This document shows, in pieces, positions 32,035-42,413 of a DNA stretch of 64,000 nucleotides. Location of the stretch: contig CAVSMN010000020.1 in the NCBI GenBank assembly GCA_963729045.1, positions 182,080 through 246,079 of the forward strand. Direction: 5' to 3'. Under the pieces are notes generated by a model, which ran no database searches, had not been told where the DNA came from, and was given only the letters and a program-made list of their open reading frames with translations. The number at the start of each line of letters is the position of its first letter. Positions within the stretch are counted from its first letter, which is position 1. Both the position numbers and the translations under genes were made by a program. The DNA comes from an uncultured Nitrososphaeraceae archaeon (GTDB lineage: Archaea; Thermoproteota; Nitrososphaeria; Nitrososphaerales; Nitrososphaeraceae).

Positions 32035-33195
32035 CTATTTTATTTTCTTGAATATATGTACAGCTGCGCTAGCCCCGGTAGCACCAAAATTATGAGTCAT
32101 GGCTATCTCAGCATCTTTAACCGTTCGTTCTCCAGCTTTATTCGTAAATTGTTCAAATACTTCTACAACTTGACCAACACCAGTTGCTCCTATTGGATGA
32201 CCTTTAGATTTTAAACCTCCAGATGGGTTAACAGTAATATCGTTATTTAATCTGGTACGTCCTTCTCTAACAGCCTGAGCAGCAGATCCCTTGGGAAAGA
32301 ATCCTAGATCTTCGATGTCTATTAATTCGGCAATGGTAAAACAATCGTGCACTTCAACAAAATCAATATCTTTTGGAGACAGATTTGCCATTTTATAAGC
32401 TTGACGGGATGCTTCAACGGTACTTGGAATCGTGGTAATATCTTTTCTAGATTGGACTGAAGCGGGTGATGCACCCCTACCTGAACCCACTACTTCCATA
32501 TACGGATTTCCGCTTTTTTTTGCGAATTCCTCATTACATAGTATGACAGCTGAGGCACCATCAGAGAAAGGACAGCAATCATATAACTTTAGTGGAGATG
32601 CGACCACAGGAGATTTTAACACATCTTCTATAGTAATTTTCTTCCTAACATGGGCTTTTGGATTAAGAAAACCATTTTCATGATTTTTAACAGCGACTCT
32701 AGCCAGATCCTCCTCTGTCGCTTTATAAGTAGCCAGATATGCTCTAGCCATCGAACCAAAAAGACCGGGAAATGATGCTCCGTTACCCCCCTCATAAAAA
32801 AAATCAGAACAATAGGAAAAGAGTGTTGTGCTTTCAACTGTACTGGTATGAGTTACTTTTTCAACCCCCAGTGCTAAAACACAATCATAAAATCCAGCAG
32901 ATACATTTGCAAATGCTTCTCTAAACATTACAGAGCCAGAACCACATGCAGATTCAATAGTAAGACCAGGTACATCAGGGATCCCAAGGTTACTCATAAT
33001 TACCGGAGCCATGTGAACCTGTTTATCAGCCACACCAAAGACGTTTGAAATATATCCTGCTTTCACGTCTCTTGGAGTTATACCAGCTGATTCAATGGCA
33101 TCTCTTGAAGCATTCAAGGCTATCTCAATAATACTCTCATGTAATTTGCCATACTTTGTACTGCCAGCACCAAGTACATAGACCTTTTCACCCAT
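32035..33195 (-). CDS. Archaeal acetyl-CoA acetyltransferase (thiolase)
   Basis: ESACGSG, EVHDCF and GHPIGATG motifs. Confidence 0.95.
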   Translation of the reverse strand: MGEKVYVLGAGSTKYGKLHESIIEIALNASRDAIESAGITPRDVKAGYISNVFGVADKQVHMAPVIMSNLGIPDVPGLTIESACGSGSVMFREAFANVSAGFYDCVLALGVEKVTHTSTVESTTLFSYCSDFFYEGGNGASFPGLFGSMARAYLATYKATEEDLARVAVKNHENGFLNPKAHVRKKITIEDVLKSPVVASPLKLYDCCPFSDGASAVILCNEEFAKKSGNPYMEVVGSGRGASPASVQSRKDITTIPSTVEASRQAYKMANLSPKDIDFVEVHDCFTIAELIDIEDLGFFPKGSAAQAVREGRTRLNNDITVNPSGGLKSKGHPIGATGVGQVVEVFEQFTNKAGERTVKDAEIAMTHNFGATGASAAVHIFKKIK

Positions 33196-33468
33196 ATATT
33201 AGAAAGGGCTCTAGCATAATAAAAATGTAAAGTGGATGCATAAAATCTCAAAATGATTGATTCTGTTTTTGTTTTTATTTGAACAATACCTAAGTAATAA
33301 TCGGAAACGTCCATTGTAGTGACCTTTTTTTGGTAACAGATTTAAATTTGTTTTCACATATTACATGTAACTCAAGAAAAGAGAAAATTATTTGGGTCAA
33401 GTTCAGTAACGCTTTACACAATTAATCCTAATTCAGAAAGTCTCTGATACCGTCAATTCAATTACTAT

Positions 33469-34326
33469 CTAGTGTATATGGTACAAATCCTTTCGCCTAT
33501 TCTTTAACAATGGAAGGCTTTTTCTAACCACGCCAATCCTAGATAGATCCAAATCTATAAACTCAAAGCCTTCTGAATTACCCATATCCATAACAACAAC
33601 GCCAAAAGGATCAACAACTAAACTGCGACCACAGAAAATATTGCCAATTTGGTTAGGGGCAATCAGATAAACTCCGTTCTCTATTGCTCTAGCTCTACAC
33701 ATTATTAACCAATGATCTTCTTTCATTGTTCCCTGCACCCAACCAGATGGAGCTATCAATGCATCAGAGCCCTTAATGGCAAGGATTCGAGAAAGCTCTG
33801 GGAATCTCAAATCATAACAAACCAAAGTTCCAAGTTTACCCAAAGGAGAAATAACAGGAGAAAATAGTTTATTTCCTGCCAATAACTTGGTGGATTCCTT
33901 AAAACCTAGTGCATCATAAAGATGCAGCTTCCTATAATAAGAAATTAATTTTCCCTGTTCATTTATTAATACCACTGTATCATAAACACGATAAGAATTT
34001 TTGTTAATTTTACTCTCCTTCTCCTGCTTTGTATTGGTTGTTATTAGATTTGTATGCTCATAAATGGAACCAACAATAAAGATATTGTTTTCTCTGGCGC
34101 TTTTCTTCAATTGCTTAACAAAATTACCATTCAGGGATTCGGAAATCGAAAACAATTCTTTGCTAGATTGTGATTGGGGAGAAAACGACATCTGGAATTC
34201 CGGGAAGCAAATAATCTTCGCTTCTTTTCTTGCAGATTGCTCAATTTGTTCCAAAGAGAAAGCCAGATTTTCTTCTTTGTCTGGTGACGACTTCATTTGG
34301 ACAATCGAAACCCTTACCATAATCAT
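33469..34326 (-). CDS. Carbon-nitrogen hydrolase (Nit/nitrilase superfamily)
   Basis: FPE, YRKLHL and VCYDLRFPE catalytic triad motifs. Confidence 0.93.
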   Translation of the reverse strand: MIMVRVSIVQMKSSPDKEENLAFSLEQIEQSARKEAKIICFPEFQMSFSPQSQSSKELFSISESLNGNFVKQLKKSARENNIFIVGSIYEHTNLITTNTKQEKESKINKNSYRVYDTVVLINEQGKLISYYRKLHLYDALGFKESTKLLAGNKLFSPVISPLGKLGTLVCYDLRFPELSRILAIKGSDALIAPSGWVQGTMKEDHWLIMCRARAIENGVYLIAPNQIGNIFCGRSLVVDPFGVVVMDMGNSEGFEFIDLDLSRIGVVRKSLPLLKNRRKDLYHIH

Positions 34327-34588
34327 ACAAAAGAGTAATGAAGTTTAATATTAAATTAGTTGTCAGTGAATAGAATTAGTTGACTTAAATTCACTCAAAG
34401 AATTGAAAAATCATCTACTGTTATATCCTTACTTTCGTCTCAAAAAATAGTATTAAGATACCTCACTCCGTGAATCAAAGGTACATGTACACGTTATTAC
34501 TAATCTATTTACTTGATTAATTCCAAATTAAAAATACCGGGGTTAACGGTTCAACAATGTTTAATAATTTTTGCACTCTTAAAGTTTC

Positions 34589-34852
34589 ATGGAAGACTTT
34601 GAAAAAGAGATAAAGGATTTAGCAGGATGGGAGAAAGTAGTTAATAAACTAAGTAAGAACTTTAAATTTAAAGATTTTATTGAAGCTTTTAGTTTTGTTA
34701 CGAGGATTGCAATGATATCTGAAAAGATGAATCATCATCCAGACATTACAATATCATATAATAGTGTTCATATCGATCTAACAACGCATGACATAAACGG
34801 TATAAGTAAAAATGATATAATATTAGCAAGAAAGATTGAGGAATTAATATGA
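34589..34852 (+). CDS. Pterin-4-alpha-carbinolamine dehydratase
   Basis: NHHPDI and LTTHD motifs. Confidence 0.93.
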   Translation: MEDFEKEIKDLAGWEKVVNKLSKNFKFKDFIEAFSFVTRIAMISEKMNHHPDITISYNSVHIDLTTHDINGISKNDIILARKIEELI

Positions 34853-34938
34853 ATTGATAAACTCCCCAATCCAATCCGACAATAATTCATTCAATAAAAG
34901 AATCTAAATATAGTCCTAATTGTAAAAAAAATAAAGCG

Positions 34939-35457
34939 ATGAGCGTGAGAGAAGACCCTAATGTAATTTTACAGCGTGATTCAAGAATAAAATTTATTGG
35001 AATATTAAAAAATGGTAACCAAGATATAAGTTTTAGCCAAGATAACAAAATTGATGAGAATGATGTTAAACTAAGTATGATTCAAACGCCTATTATACTG
35101 GAAGCTGGAAAAAGGTTTACGGACTTGGGAAATTTGGAGTCTGTAATATTCGAATATGACAAAATGAAATTATATAATTTGCCTATGGGCGAAGAAACAG
35201 TCATTTTCGGAACCGATAACGAGATTAATAATGAGGAGATAATGAAATTGGTTTCCAACAATATAACAGGTTTTCAAAATGAATCAGGGTCTCAGTATCT
35301 AGGACAAAAAGGCCAAACAGATCCAGGTCAATTTGAAAACCCATGGCAAAATTATATTTCTAATTTAATTGAATTTTGGAAGGAGTTTGCAATAACTTCT
35401 ATCAGAATGAATGAAAAAATGGTTGAAGAATTTTGGAAAATTTTTAGTAATAAATGA
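34939..35457 (+). CDS. Roadblock-like hypothetical protein with C-terminal helical extension
   Basis: DSRIKFIGIL..G pattern as in ORF 6635; Trp-rich helical tail. Confidence 0.65.
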   Translation: MSVREDPNVILQRDSRIKFIGILKNGNQDISFSQDNKIDENDVKLSMIQTPIILEAGKRFTDLGNLESVIFEYDKMKLYNLPMGEETVIFGTDNEINNEEIMKLVSNNITGFQNESGSQYLGQKGQTDPGQFENPWQNYISNLIEFWKEFAITSIRMNEKMVEEFWKIFSNK

Positions 35458-35514
35458 TTCCGATCACATTTATGCTAATTTGTTAATCAAAAGTTGAAAG
35501 TGTTCATTTTATTT

Positions 35515-35874
35515 TTATTTTAGAAAATCAACGCTTTCCCATTGAGGTAAAATGAAGAAATTTATTATATAATTTCCAAAAATAATTGAATTGTTGTTAA
35601 CATTACATTCTATATGAGGATGAACAAACGAAAGCAATGGATAGCTGTTACTTATTTTTTCAGACATTTGTATAAGATTACGTATTTCAGCTCCACGAAT
35701 TTTTGGTATTTTTGTGCTAGATTTTACTTGGATCAACAAGAAGGTGTTGTTCCGGCTGGCTACTATGTCAGCTGGTCCTCTACTACCCTTTGAAAAAAAT
35801 ACGGCCCAACCATAATTAGTAAGACATGATCCGGCAGCATATTCTGCTTCGCGTCCAAATCCACTATAAGACAA
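35515..35874 (-). CDS. Holliday junction resolvase-like PD-(D/E)xK nuclease
   Basis: GREAE...SKGSRGPADIVA...LLIQVKS. Confidence 0.75.
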   Translation of the reverse strand: MSYSGFGREAEYAAGSCLTNYGWAVFFSKGSRGPADIVASRNNTFLLIQVKSSTKIPKIRGAEIRNLIQMSEKISNSYPLLSFVHPHIECNVNNNSIIFGNYIINFFILPQWESVDFLK

Positions 35875-35998
35875 AACTAGAATTTTTTAGCAGTCAAATT
35901 ATAATAACTTTTTTAATCAATAAAATAATGCAATATCGTATTACAAGTTTACGAGTAATGTAGATATACTTTTAATCAAAAAGAATATAAAAAAATTA

Positions 35999-36547
35999 TT
36001 GAAAAGAGGATTGTACATAGGGAGATTTCAACCATTCCACAAAGGGCACTTAAATTCGCTCAAATGGTGCAGCGATAAGGTAGATGAATTGATAATTGCT
36101 GTGGGAAGCTCAGATAAAAGTTTTGAATTAAGAAATCCTTTCACCGCTGGAGAAAGAATAGAAATAATTAGAGAAAATATAACCGCTGGGATAAAAGAAA
36201 AACGTGATAAAATCATTCTTATCCCAGTTCCAGATGTAGGAGTACACTTACTATGGACATATAACATAGATCTATTAGTTCCTAGATATAATACTGTATT
36301 TACAAACGATCCCTTTACTAGTATGTTATATAAGGAAAGGGGAATTGAAATCATACATCCGGACTTAATTAGTAGAGAAGTCATGTCTGCCACAGAAGTA
36401 AGGCACAGGATTGCAAGTGACAAGAACTGGGAAGAGTTAGTACCCACTCCCACAATAAAACTGATTAATGAAATCGAGGGGGTAGACAGGGTAAAGAATT
36501 TATACAACCTAACAAAATCACATGTTACCACAGAATATTATCATTAA
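35999..36547 (+). CDS. nadM: Nicotinamide-nucleotide adenylyltransferase
   Basis: GRFQPFHKGH, NPFTAGER and SATEVR motifs. Confidence 0.95.
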   Translation: MKRGLYIGRFQPFHKGHLNSLKWCSDKVDELIIAVGSSDKSFELRNPFTAGERIEIIRENITAGIKEKRDKIILIPVPDVGVHLLWTYNIDLLVPRYNTVFTNDPFTSMLYKERGIEIIHPDLISREVMSATEVRHRIASDKNWEELVPTPTIKLINEIEGVDRVKNLYNLTKSHVTTEYYH

Positions 36548-36583
36548 GTCAGATTGGTTGGAGTTTTGAGGAAATAGTTGTAA

Positions 36584-37651
36584 ATGTTGTCAGTAGATGG
36601 TTCAACCGGCGAAGGAGGTGGACAGATTCTTAGAAGTGCAATAACTATTTCAACAATAATCGGGAAGCCAATAAAAGTGACAAATATAAGATCAAATAGA
36701 AAGGATCCTGGTTTGAAGCATCAGCATGTCTTAACAATTCAGTTACTTTCAAGAATATTTAATGTACATACCGAAAATGTAAGTTTGGGTTCGGAATGGA
36801 TCAGGTTTGAAGCATCTAAAGATAGTAGATTCAACGAATATGATAAACCTGCAAATGATGTCATAATTGCAGACATTGGAACTGCGGGCAGTATACCATT
36901 ACTATTGCAGACATTAATTCCGACAGTAGCAATTTCTCAAAAAGACTTGGTAATTAGATTGTCAGGCGGAACCGATGTGAAATTTAGTCCAACCATAGAT
37001 TACATAAAATATGTATTAAGAGATGCATATTCTAAAATTGGAATCGTATTTGACATAAATGTCCTAAAAAGAGGATTTTATCCCCGAGGACAAGGAGTCG
37101 TCGAAATCAAAATAAGAAAAGCCATCGATCTTCATCCAATAGAGTTTTGTAATTTCAAAGAAATTGAACCAAACATAATAAGCATAGCAGCAAGATTGCC
37201 AAAACACATTCCAGAGAGACAAATTGGAAGTGCAATAGCAACTTTGGAGAAAAAAGGCATAAGATACTCCAAACACAAATCTATCTTAGAAAATTCAGAG
37301 AGTCCAGGATCTTCAATTCTAGTATACACTACTTCAGAATCAGGTATATATTTGGGGGCGGATTCTATCGGCGAGAAGGGCGTCAAAGCAGAAGTAATAG
37401 GCAATAGAGCTGCAAAGAAATTCATAGACGATTATGAATTTCGCGCATGTATTGATCAACATTTAGCGGATATGCTAGTCCTGCCATTAAGCTTTGTTGA
37501 TGGGAAATCCAGGTACAAAATATCAAGAATAACGACACACCTATTAACAAATTTGGAAGTGATTAGAATGCTCAATTCTATAGAGTATCATTTTGAGAAA
37601 ATCTCTGAAAACGAATTCATACTATCGATTGAAGGTAATCCAGTTATTTGA
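36584..37651 (+). CDS. rtcA: RNA 3'-terminal phosphate cyclase
   Basis: DGSTGEGGGQILR, GGTDV, RGFYPRGQG and HLADML motifs. Confidence 0.95.
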   Translation: MLSVDGSTGEGGGQILRSAITISTIIGKPIKVTNIRSNRKDPGLKHQHVLTIQLLSRIFNVHTENVSLGSEWIRFEASKDSRFNEYDKPANDVIIADIGTAGSIPLLLQTLIPTVAISQKDLVIRLSGGTDVKFSPTIDYIKYVLRDAYSKIGIVFDINVLKRGFYPRGQGVVEIKIRKAIDLHPIEFCNFKEIEPNIISIAARLPKHIPERQIGSAIATLEKKGIRYSKHKSILENSESPGSSILVYTTSESGIYLGADSIGEKGVKAEVIGNRAAKKFIDDYEFRACIDQHLADMLVLPLSFVDGKSRYKISRITTHLLTNLEVIRMLNSIEYHFEKISENEFILSIEGNPVI

Positions 37652-39101
37652 AAAATTTTTTTGTTTCTCCCAGAGTCATCATATCAACTGGATTTATTTT
37701 AATCACCATTGGCAAATTTGATACGGCCTTTCCGATTGCCAAACAATTTCTATGGGAAAGTGTCTTGACCAAGGACTTGATAGTTGAGGAGTCTACTAAC
37801 GACACCTTTGAAATTTTTTCTAGATCAGAATCGTTTGTAAAATTGAATAAAAAAATATTATCAACCTGTCTATATATGGTATCATTTATAGCATCTGGCT
37901 GATTTGTAATAAATGTAGAATAAATTCCAAAATGTCTCATCCTTGTTATTAGATCTTCCCAATATGTATCACGAATATATAATTGAGCTTCTTCAGCAAA
38001 TATAAAAATTGGTGGAATTAGAGATTTTTCTAATAATTCAATTAATTTATTCATCACTAGCTCAACAATCATTCGTCTTACTACTGGAGATATCCTGCTC
38101 ATATTCACTATCATAGCAGCACCCTTTGGTTTGGTTTTTATTACATCCTCAAATTGAAACCCTCTTTCGTTAACACCATTGGATGAAAACAGTCGAGAAG
38201 AATTAATCATGTGGAATCGGGATAATAGTGCATCCCTAACCAATTCATTAATAGTCCAAGTTCCAAAAGCTTTACCAAGCTCAAATAGACTAAGTATCTT
38301 TTTATTTTCTAACGAATCCCATATTCTAAAAAATTCTCTTAGTGAAGCAGAAGGCATATCTAATGCATTTTTTAACATATTAGAAATAGAAGGTTTTCCA
38401 AAATATGTTAAATTGAATTTCAATTCTCTTCCAGGATTTAACAAAAGAAGCTTATCACTGATAGATGAGGGCGTCCCATCAACATTAGAGGATAGCCCAC
38501 TATACTCATTATTTAAGTCAAATACTATTACATAGGCTCCATACTGTATGAGAGAGTTGATCAGTATTTTTGAAAGATGAGATTTACCGGTTTCTTTCTT
38601 GCCCGTGATTATATTTAACTTACCATCTAGATCTTCAGCAAAAATTTCAAAGTTTTGATTATCAGATCCGCATCTACCTAAGGAAATTGGATATTGCATG
38701 TTTTTCTTTAATAAAGCCTTTATCTCGTTTAGACCAATTTTGACAATCTTGGAGTTTACTCTTGATGGTACCCAGTCTACATCGGTTGATATTTGATTGT
38801 CATTGTCAATAGAAGCCCTTATTTTAGTCTTAAAGATCCTGACATCCCGTATTGTTTGAGATAGATTGGTAATCTCCAAAGGATCAAAAATATTTTCAGC
38901 ACTAAATTTAGAAATCACCTCATCCTTAATTATCTCCTCTACAAGGGACGATGATGAAAAATACTCTTCGTCATAGAATTGAACTAGTAGTTTCTTATTA
39001 TTGTTAAAATCTTCAATAACAAAGTAGTCACCCTTATTTGCAAAATCATTTGTTACCGCGAGTAAGAGAATTTCATCACCTGTTTTTGATAGAATTTTCA
39101 T
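37644..39101 (-). CDS. HerA/FtsK-like (DUF87) ATPase, divergent
   Basis: N-terminal barrel-like region, Walker A GKKETGKS, VFDLNNEY, Walker B IFAEEAQ, TRMRHFG. Confidence 0.85.
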   Translation of the reverse strand: MKILSKTGDEILLLAVTNDFANKGDYFVIEDFNNNKKLLVQFYDEEYFSSSSLVEEIIKDEVISKFSAENIFDPLEITNLSQTIRDVRIFKTKIRASIDNDNQISTDVDWVPSRVNSKIVKIGLNEIKALLKKNMQYPISLGRCGSDNQNFEIFAEDLDGKLNIITGKKETGKSHLSKILINSLIQYGAYVIVFDLNNEYSGLSSNVDGTPSSISDKLLLLNPGRELKFNLTYFGKPSISNMLKNALDMPSASLREFFRIWDSLENKKILSLFELGKAFGTWTINELVRDALLSRFHMINSSRLFSSNGVNERGFQFEDVIKTKPKGAAMIVNMSRISPVVRRMIVELVMNKLIELLEKSLIPPIFIFAEEAQLYIRDTYWEDLITRMRHFGIYSTFITNQPDAINDTIYRQVDNIFLFNFTNDSDLEKISKVSLVDSSTIKSLVKTLSHRNCLAIGKAVSNLPMVIKINPVDMMTLGETKKFFK

Positions 39102-40153
39102 CTCCAGGCAGTCCCTAAAACGGATGATCTAGCATTCTCATGAGAGATTTCTCTAACAGAATAATTAGACTTTATGAAACTCTTTATACTTGCCAAGTCC
39201 GTATTTGAAAAAACAGAGACATAATGTGAAAGTTGGAGAGTGCTTGGATAACCAAAATGAATTAATTCGTTATATAGTAATGTTCCTAAAGTACTATTCA
39301 CATCATTATTATATGATACTACATCGGCCCTTAGTATGTTTGAGTATTGACTGTTAGATAACTTTACTAGAAGATGTTCTCCATGTATCCTAGATATCAA
39401 GCTTCGAATAACCAGGTTTATATCAACATAGGAACAAACTTTAGATCTTATCAAAGGATATGACAAATACTTTAGTATCTTTATTTTGGAGTTTTTACTT
39501 ATTCCAATTAATGAATTTTTATTGATAACAGAATTTTCTATGGTTTTTGAAATATCATAAAAATGATTCTCAAATATTGAAGATTTCAATGAACCATCAA
39601 TGAGTATTATAGAGTTTGAAACCAATTTTGATAACCAAAACTGAATATACCTTTCTATATTTACTCTCAAGAATTTTTTTGCATAATCATCATTAAAGAG
39701 TATTAGTTTGGATACATTGTGCTCAAGTCGAAGATTCTGAAGAGCTTCTTCGTTAAGATAAAAAATTAACGGGCCTATTCTTAAATGAGCAGCAGGTTTG
39801 CCCTTAAAAGATATACATATGGATCCCTTTACAGCATATAATCCACCATCCTCGACTTCTGCAACCTTAATACAGCTAGAATCAATACCAAAAACTAACT
39901 TTTCCTTTTGCACTAATTCGATTTCATTTATTTTCTGGTTAGCATACCTTTCTGAATGAATTCCCCAATTTTGTATGGGTACGCCCTCGTCATCGTCTAC
40001 AAAAACCAGCTTTTTATTTTCAATTAAATTTCTATAGTCCTTACAAAAGTAGGAATTACTAAAGTTGTTAATTAAAGATTTTTTCATATTCTCTATATTT
40101 GATTCCAGATCATGGAGATTTAATTGATTGTGCATGTTGTTCAACAACAACAA
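39098..40153 (-). CDS. NurA-family nuclease
   Basis: GIDSS, LIDGSL, IGISK and GYPSTLQLSH motifs; 4-bp overlap with the HerA-like gene. Confidence 0.82.
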   Translation of the reverse strand: MLLLNNMHNQLNLHDLESNIENMKKSLINNFSNSYFCKDYRNLIENKKLVFVDDDEGVPIQNWGIHSERYANQKINEIELVQKEKLVFGIDSSCIKVAEVEDGGLYAVKGSICISFKGKPAAHLRIGPLIFYLNEEALQNLRLEHNVSKLILFNDDYAKKFLRVNIERYIQFWLSKLVSNSIILIDGSLKSSIFENHFYDISKTIENSVINKNSLIGISKNSKIKILKYLSYPLIRSKVCSYVDINLVIRSLISRIHGEHLLVKLSNSQYSNILRADVVSYNNDVNSTLGTLLYNELIHFGYPSTLQLSHYVSVFSNTDLASIKSFIKSNYSVREISHENARSSVLGTAWR

Positions 40154-40198
40154 GATGCTAATAAATGTTGTTCATGATGTGCATGTTGTTCAACAACA
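40129..40198. repeat. Two 21-bp direct repeats, each containing the palindrome TGTTGTT-C-AACAACA
   Basis: TGTGCATGTTGTTCAACAACA at 40129-40149 and 40178-40198; partial ATGTTGTTCA between them. Confidence 0.9.
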
Positions 40199-40234
40199 CC
40201 TTTATCAGACAGGAAGTATATACAAATATCAAGC

Positions 40235-40747
40235 ATGAGTGAAGCGGTATCGAAATTATCTTTGGAGACAAAGATAAAATTGAAATATAAAGAATGGGAA
40301 GTCGAAATTACATGTGTAGAAGATAAAGTTAAGAATGTAGTGGAGAATGTCCTTACCGGAATAGATATCGCCTCGCTCTCAAGTACAAATACCAATAGTG
40401 AAATTGAAAAATTAAAGACTGAAATTGATTTATTAAAATCAAAAATTGATGGAGACAGTAATTTGCAAAATATGAATCAAAGAAGAAACAATGTTTCATT
40501 AAAGGAACTTGCAAAGAATGGAAATACGTGTAGAAGTTTGATGGAAAAGATCTTTTATGAGAAATTTTTTGAAAGTGAGAGACTACTTATAGAGGTTCAC
40601 CAAGAGTTGTCAAGAATTGGATATAATTACGATAAAACAGCAGTATCACATTCTTTAAGTGACATGGTAAGAGAAGGGATATTAACTCGTGTAGGAACTC
40701 TAAGGAACTACAGATATATTCAGAAAAAACCATTGTTTGAAAAGTAA
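40235..40747 (+). CDS. Hypothetical protein with C-terminal winged helix
   Basis: EVHQELSRIGYNYDKTAVSHSLSDMVREGILTRVG..YRY. Confidence 0.8.
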   Translation: MSEAVSKLSLETKIKLKYKEWEVEITCVEDKVKNVVENVLTGIDIASLSSTNTNSEIEKLKTEIDLLKSKIDGDSNLQNMNQRRNNVSLKELAKNGNTCRSLMEKIFYEKFFESERLLIEVHQELSRIGYNYDKTAVSHSLSDMVREGILTRVGTLRNYRYIQKKPLFEK

Positions 40748-40752
40748 CTATT

Positions 40753-41298
40753 TTAGAGTAATTTTTTTGCCATAATATCATTTAACCATTTAATTCCTAT
40801 AGTGGTAATCCCATACACTACTGATTCTGATTGATTTTCCTTACTTACACTTTTTACAACATATCCAACTTTAACTAATTCAGACAATCTTGAACTAATA
40901 GATTTTGGATTTAGGTTTGTTGTAGATTGGATTTCGGATATAGGAGATGATTTTTCCGAAATCTTGCCCAATTCGAATGCTATTTTTGACCCTAACAAAA
41001 ATAGCATGACTATTTCCTTATCGGAAAATTTCTTATTATGAATCTCTCCAAGGTTGGGTAATATTTTGGGCCCCTCAGGGGTAATTTTGATTATAGATGA
41101 ATACATCTCGATTAATTCGGACACAGAGTAATTTAAGGAAATTTTCTGAGCCAAGCGTATCTCTGGAATATTTTTGGTAAGAAAAGAAATAGTAGACAGA
41201 AGAACATTCTCAGGCTCCCCACTAAATTGCACTTTTATATCGTTATATTGAATTGAGATATTTACAATATTATTCTTGTTTGGATCATCGTAAACCAT
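40753..41298 (-). CDS. Hypothetical protein with C-terminal winged helix
   Basis: ISEIQSTTNLNPKSISSRLSELVKVGYV..YGITTIG. Confidence 0.8.
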   Translation of the reverse strand: MVYDDPNKNNIVNISIQYNDIKVQFSGEPENVLLSTISFLTKNIPEIRLAQKISLNYSVSELIEMYSSIIKITPEGPKILPNLGEIHNKKFSDKEIVMLFLLGSKIAFELGKISEKSSPISEIQSTTNLNPKSISSRLSELVKVGYVVKSVSKENQSESVVYGITTIGIKWLNDIMAKKLL

Positions 41299-41450
41299 GT
41301 AAATATATTCAATAAACTGATAAAATGTTATAAACTTATGAATGTATATCTATTACCCTTGTTATGAACTTTTATCAAAGTAGTTTAGGAAGTAGATGAA
41401 AAGTACATTAATGGATGAAATGCCAAAGGTCTTAGGTCAAATTACTAGAA

Positions 41451-42074
41451 ATGTCTAAGGATAATGATAATAAAAATAATTTCATTAAAATAGGATTTAC
41501 CAAATTATTAAAACCATTTGAGGATTCAATGAACGAAGTAGAAAAAATTTCGAAAGCCTTCGGATTAGCATTGAGGATTTACAGTAGCATGACGAGAAAA
41601 TATCAATATGATAAAATTGAACCTCAAATAAATCATTCACTAAGAGTAGCATTAATTCTAAACGAAGAGATGAACTCAGATAATTCAGATCTGGTTTGTT
41701 CCGCACTACTTCATGATATTTTCAATAAACAAGAAGTATCCAAAGAGACGAAAGACTATATAAAAAAAGAAATTAGCGAAAAAACATTTACAACAGTATC
41801 GTTTTTTAACAAATATACCAATTTAGAATCCAATAAAAATGAAGAATTAAAAATAGAAAAACAGTTCGGCAAAATAAAGCAATCAGACAACATGATAAAA
41901 AACATTATCCTGGCTGAACGACTAGATGAACTTCGATCTTTGAAAAATTCAAGAAGGAAGGACAAAATAGCAAGAATTAAGGAGGAAACTCAGAAATATT
42001 TTGTACCATTAGCAGAGACAACTAACGAAAAAATTTTGTTAAAATTAGTGATAGCGCTTTATGAATTGAAGTAA
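41451..42074 (+). CDS. HD-domain protein resembling small alarmone hydrolases (RelA/SpoT HD), degenerate
   Basis: KAFGLA, PQINHSLRVA, ALLHD, LAERLDELR and ETQKYFVPLA segments. Confidence 0.75.
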   Translation: MSKDNDNKNNFIKIGFTKLLKPFEDSMNEVEKISKAFGLALRIYSSMTRKYQYDKIEPQINHSLRVALILNEEMNSDNSDLVCSALLHDIFNKQEVSKETKDYIKKEISEKTFTTVSFFNKYTNLESNKNEELKIEKQFGKIKQSDNMIKNIILAERLDELRSLKNSRRKDKIARIKEETQKYFVPLAETTNEKILLKLVIALYELK

Positions 42075-42413
42075 GAGACTAGTGATTATGGTTTATTACA
42101 GATACCGTTATTTTCCTTATGACCCGTCCAATGAGAAAAACAGCCGAAAAGAGAATGACCAGAGCATCCACATATTATGCATTTCTTATTGTTTTTATTC
42201 AAACCTATTCAATATATCCAATTCATCAAGATAGTTAAATTTATTTGATAATAATTAAATTGACGATGAGAAAATCCAAGGGTTGAATTTATGCGGATGA
42301 CGTAATACGATGTGATTCATATTTTTTCAGTGAAGAAACATGATATAAGTTCAATGTGAAGATGATTACAAGAAGACGTTTGATAGAAAAAAGTCATAAT
42401 AAAAGCAAAGTAT

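Noticed and set aside
42260..42390. Possible C/D boxes between the HD gene and phoU
   Set aside because: Degenerate boxes, no terminal stem and no recognisable target.
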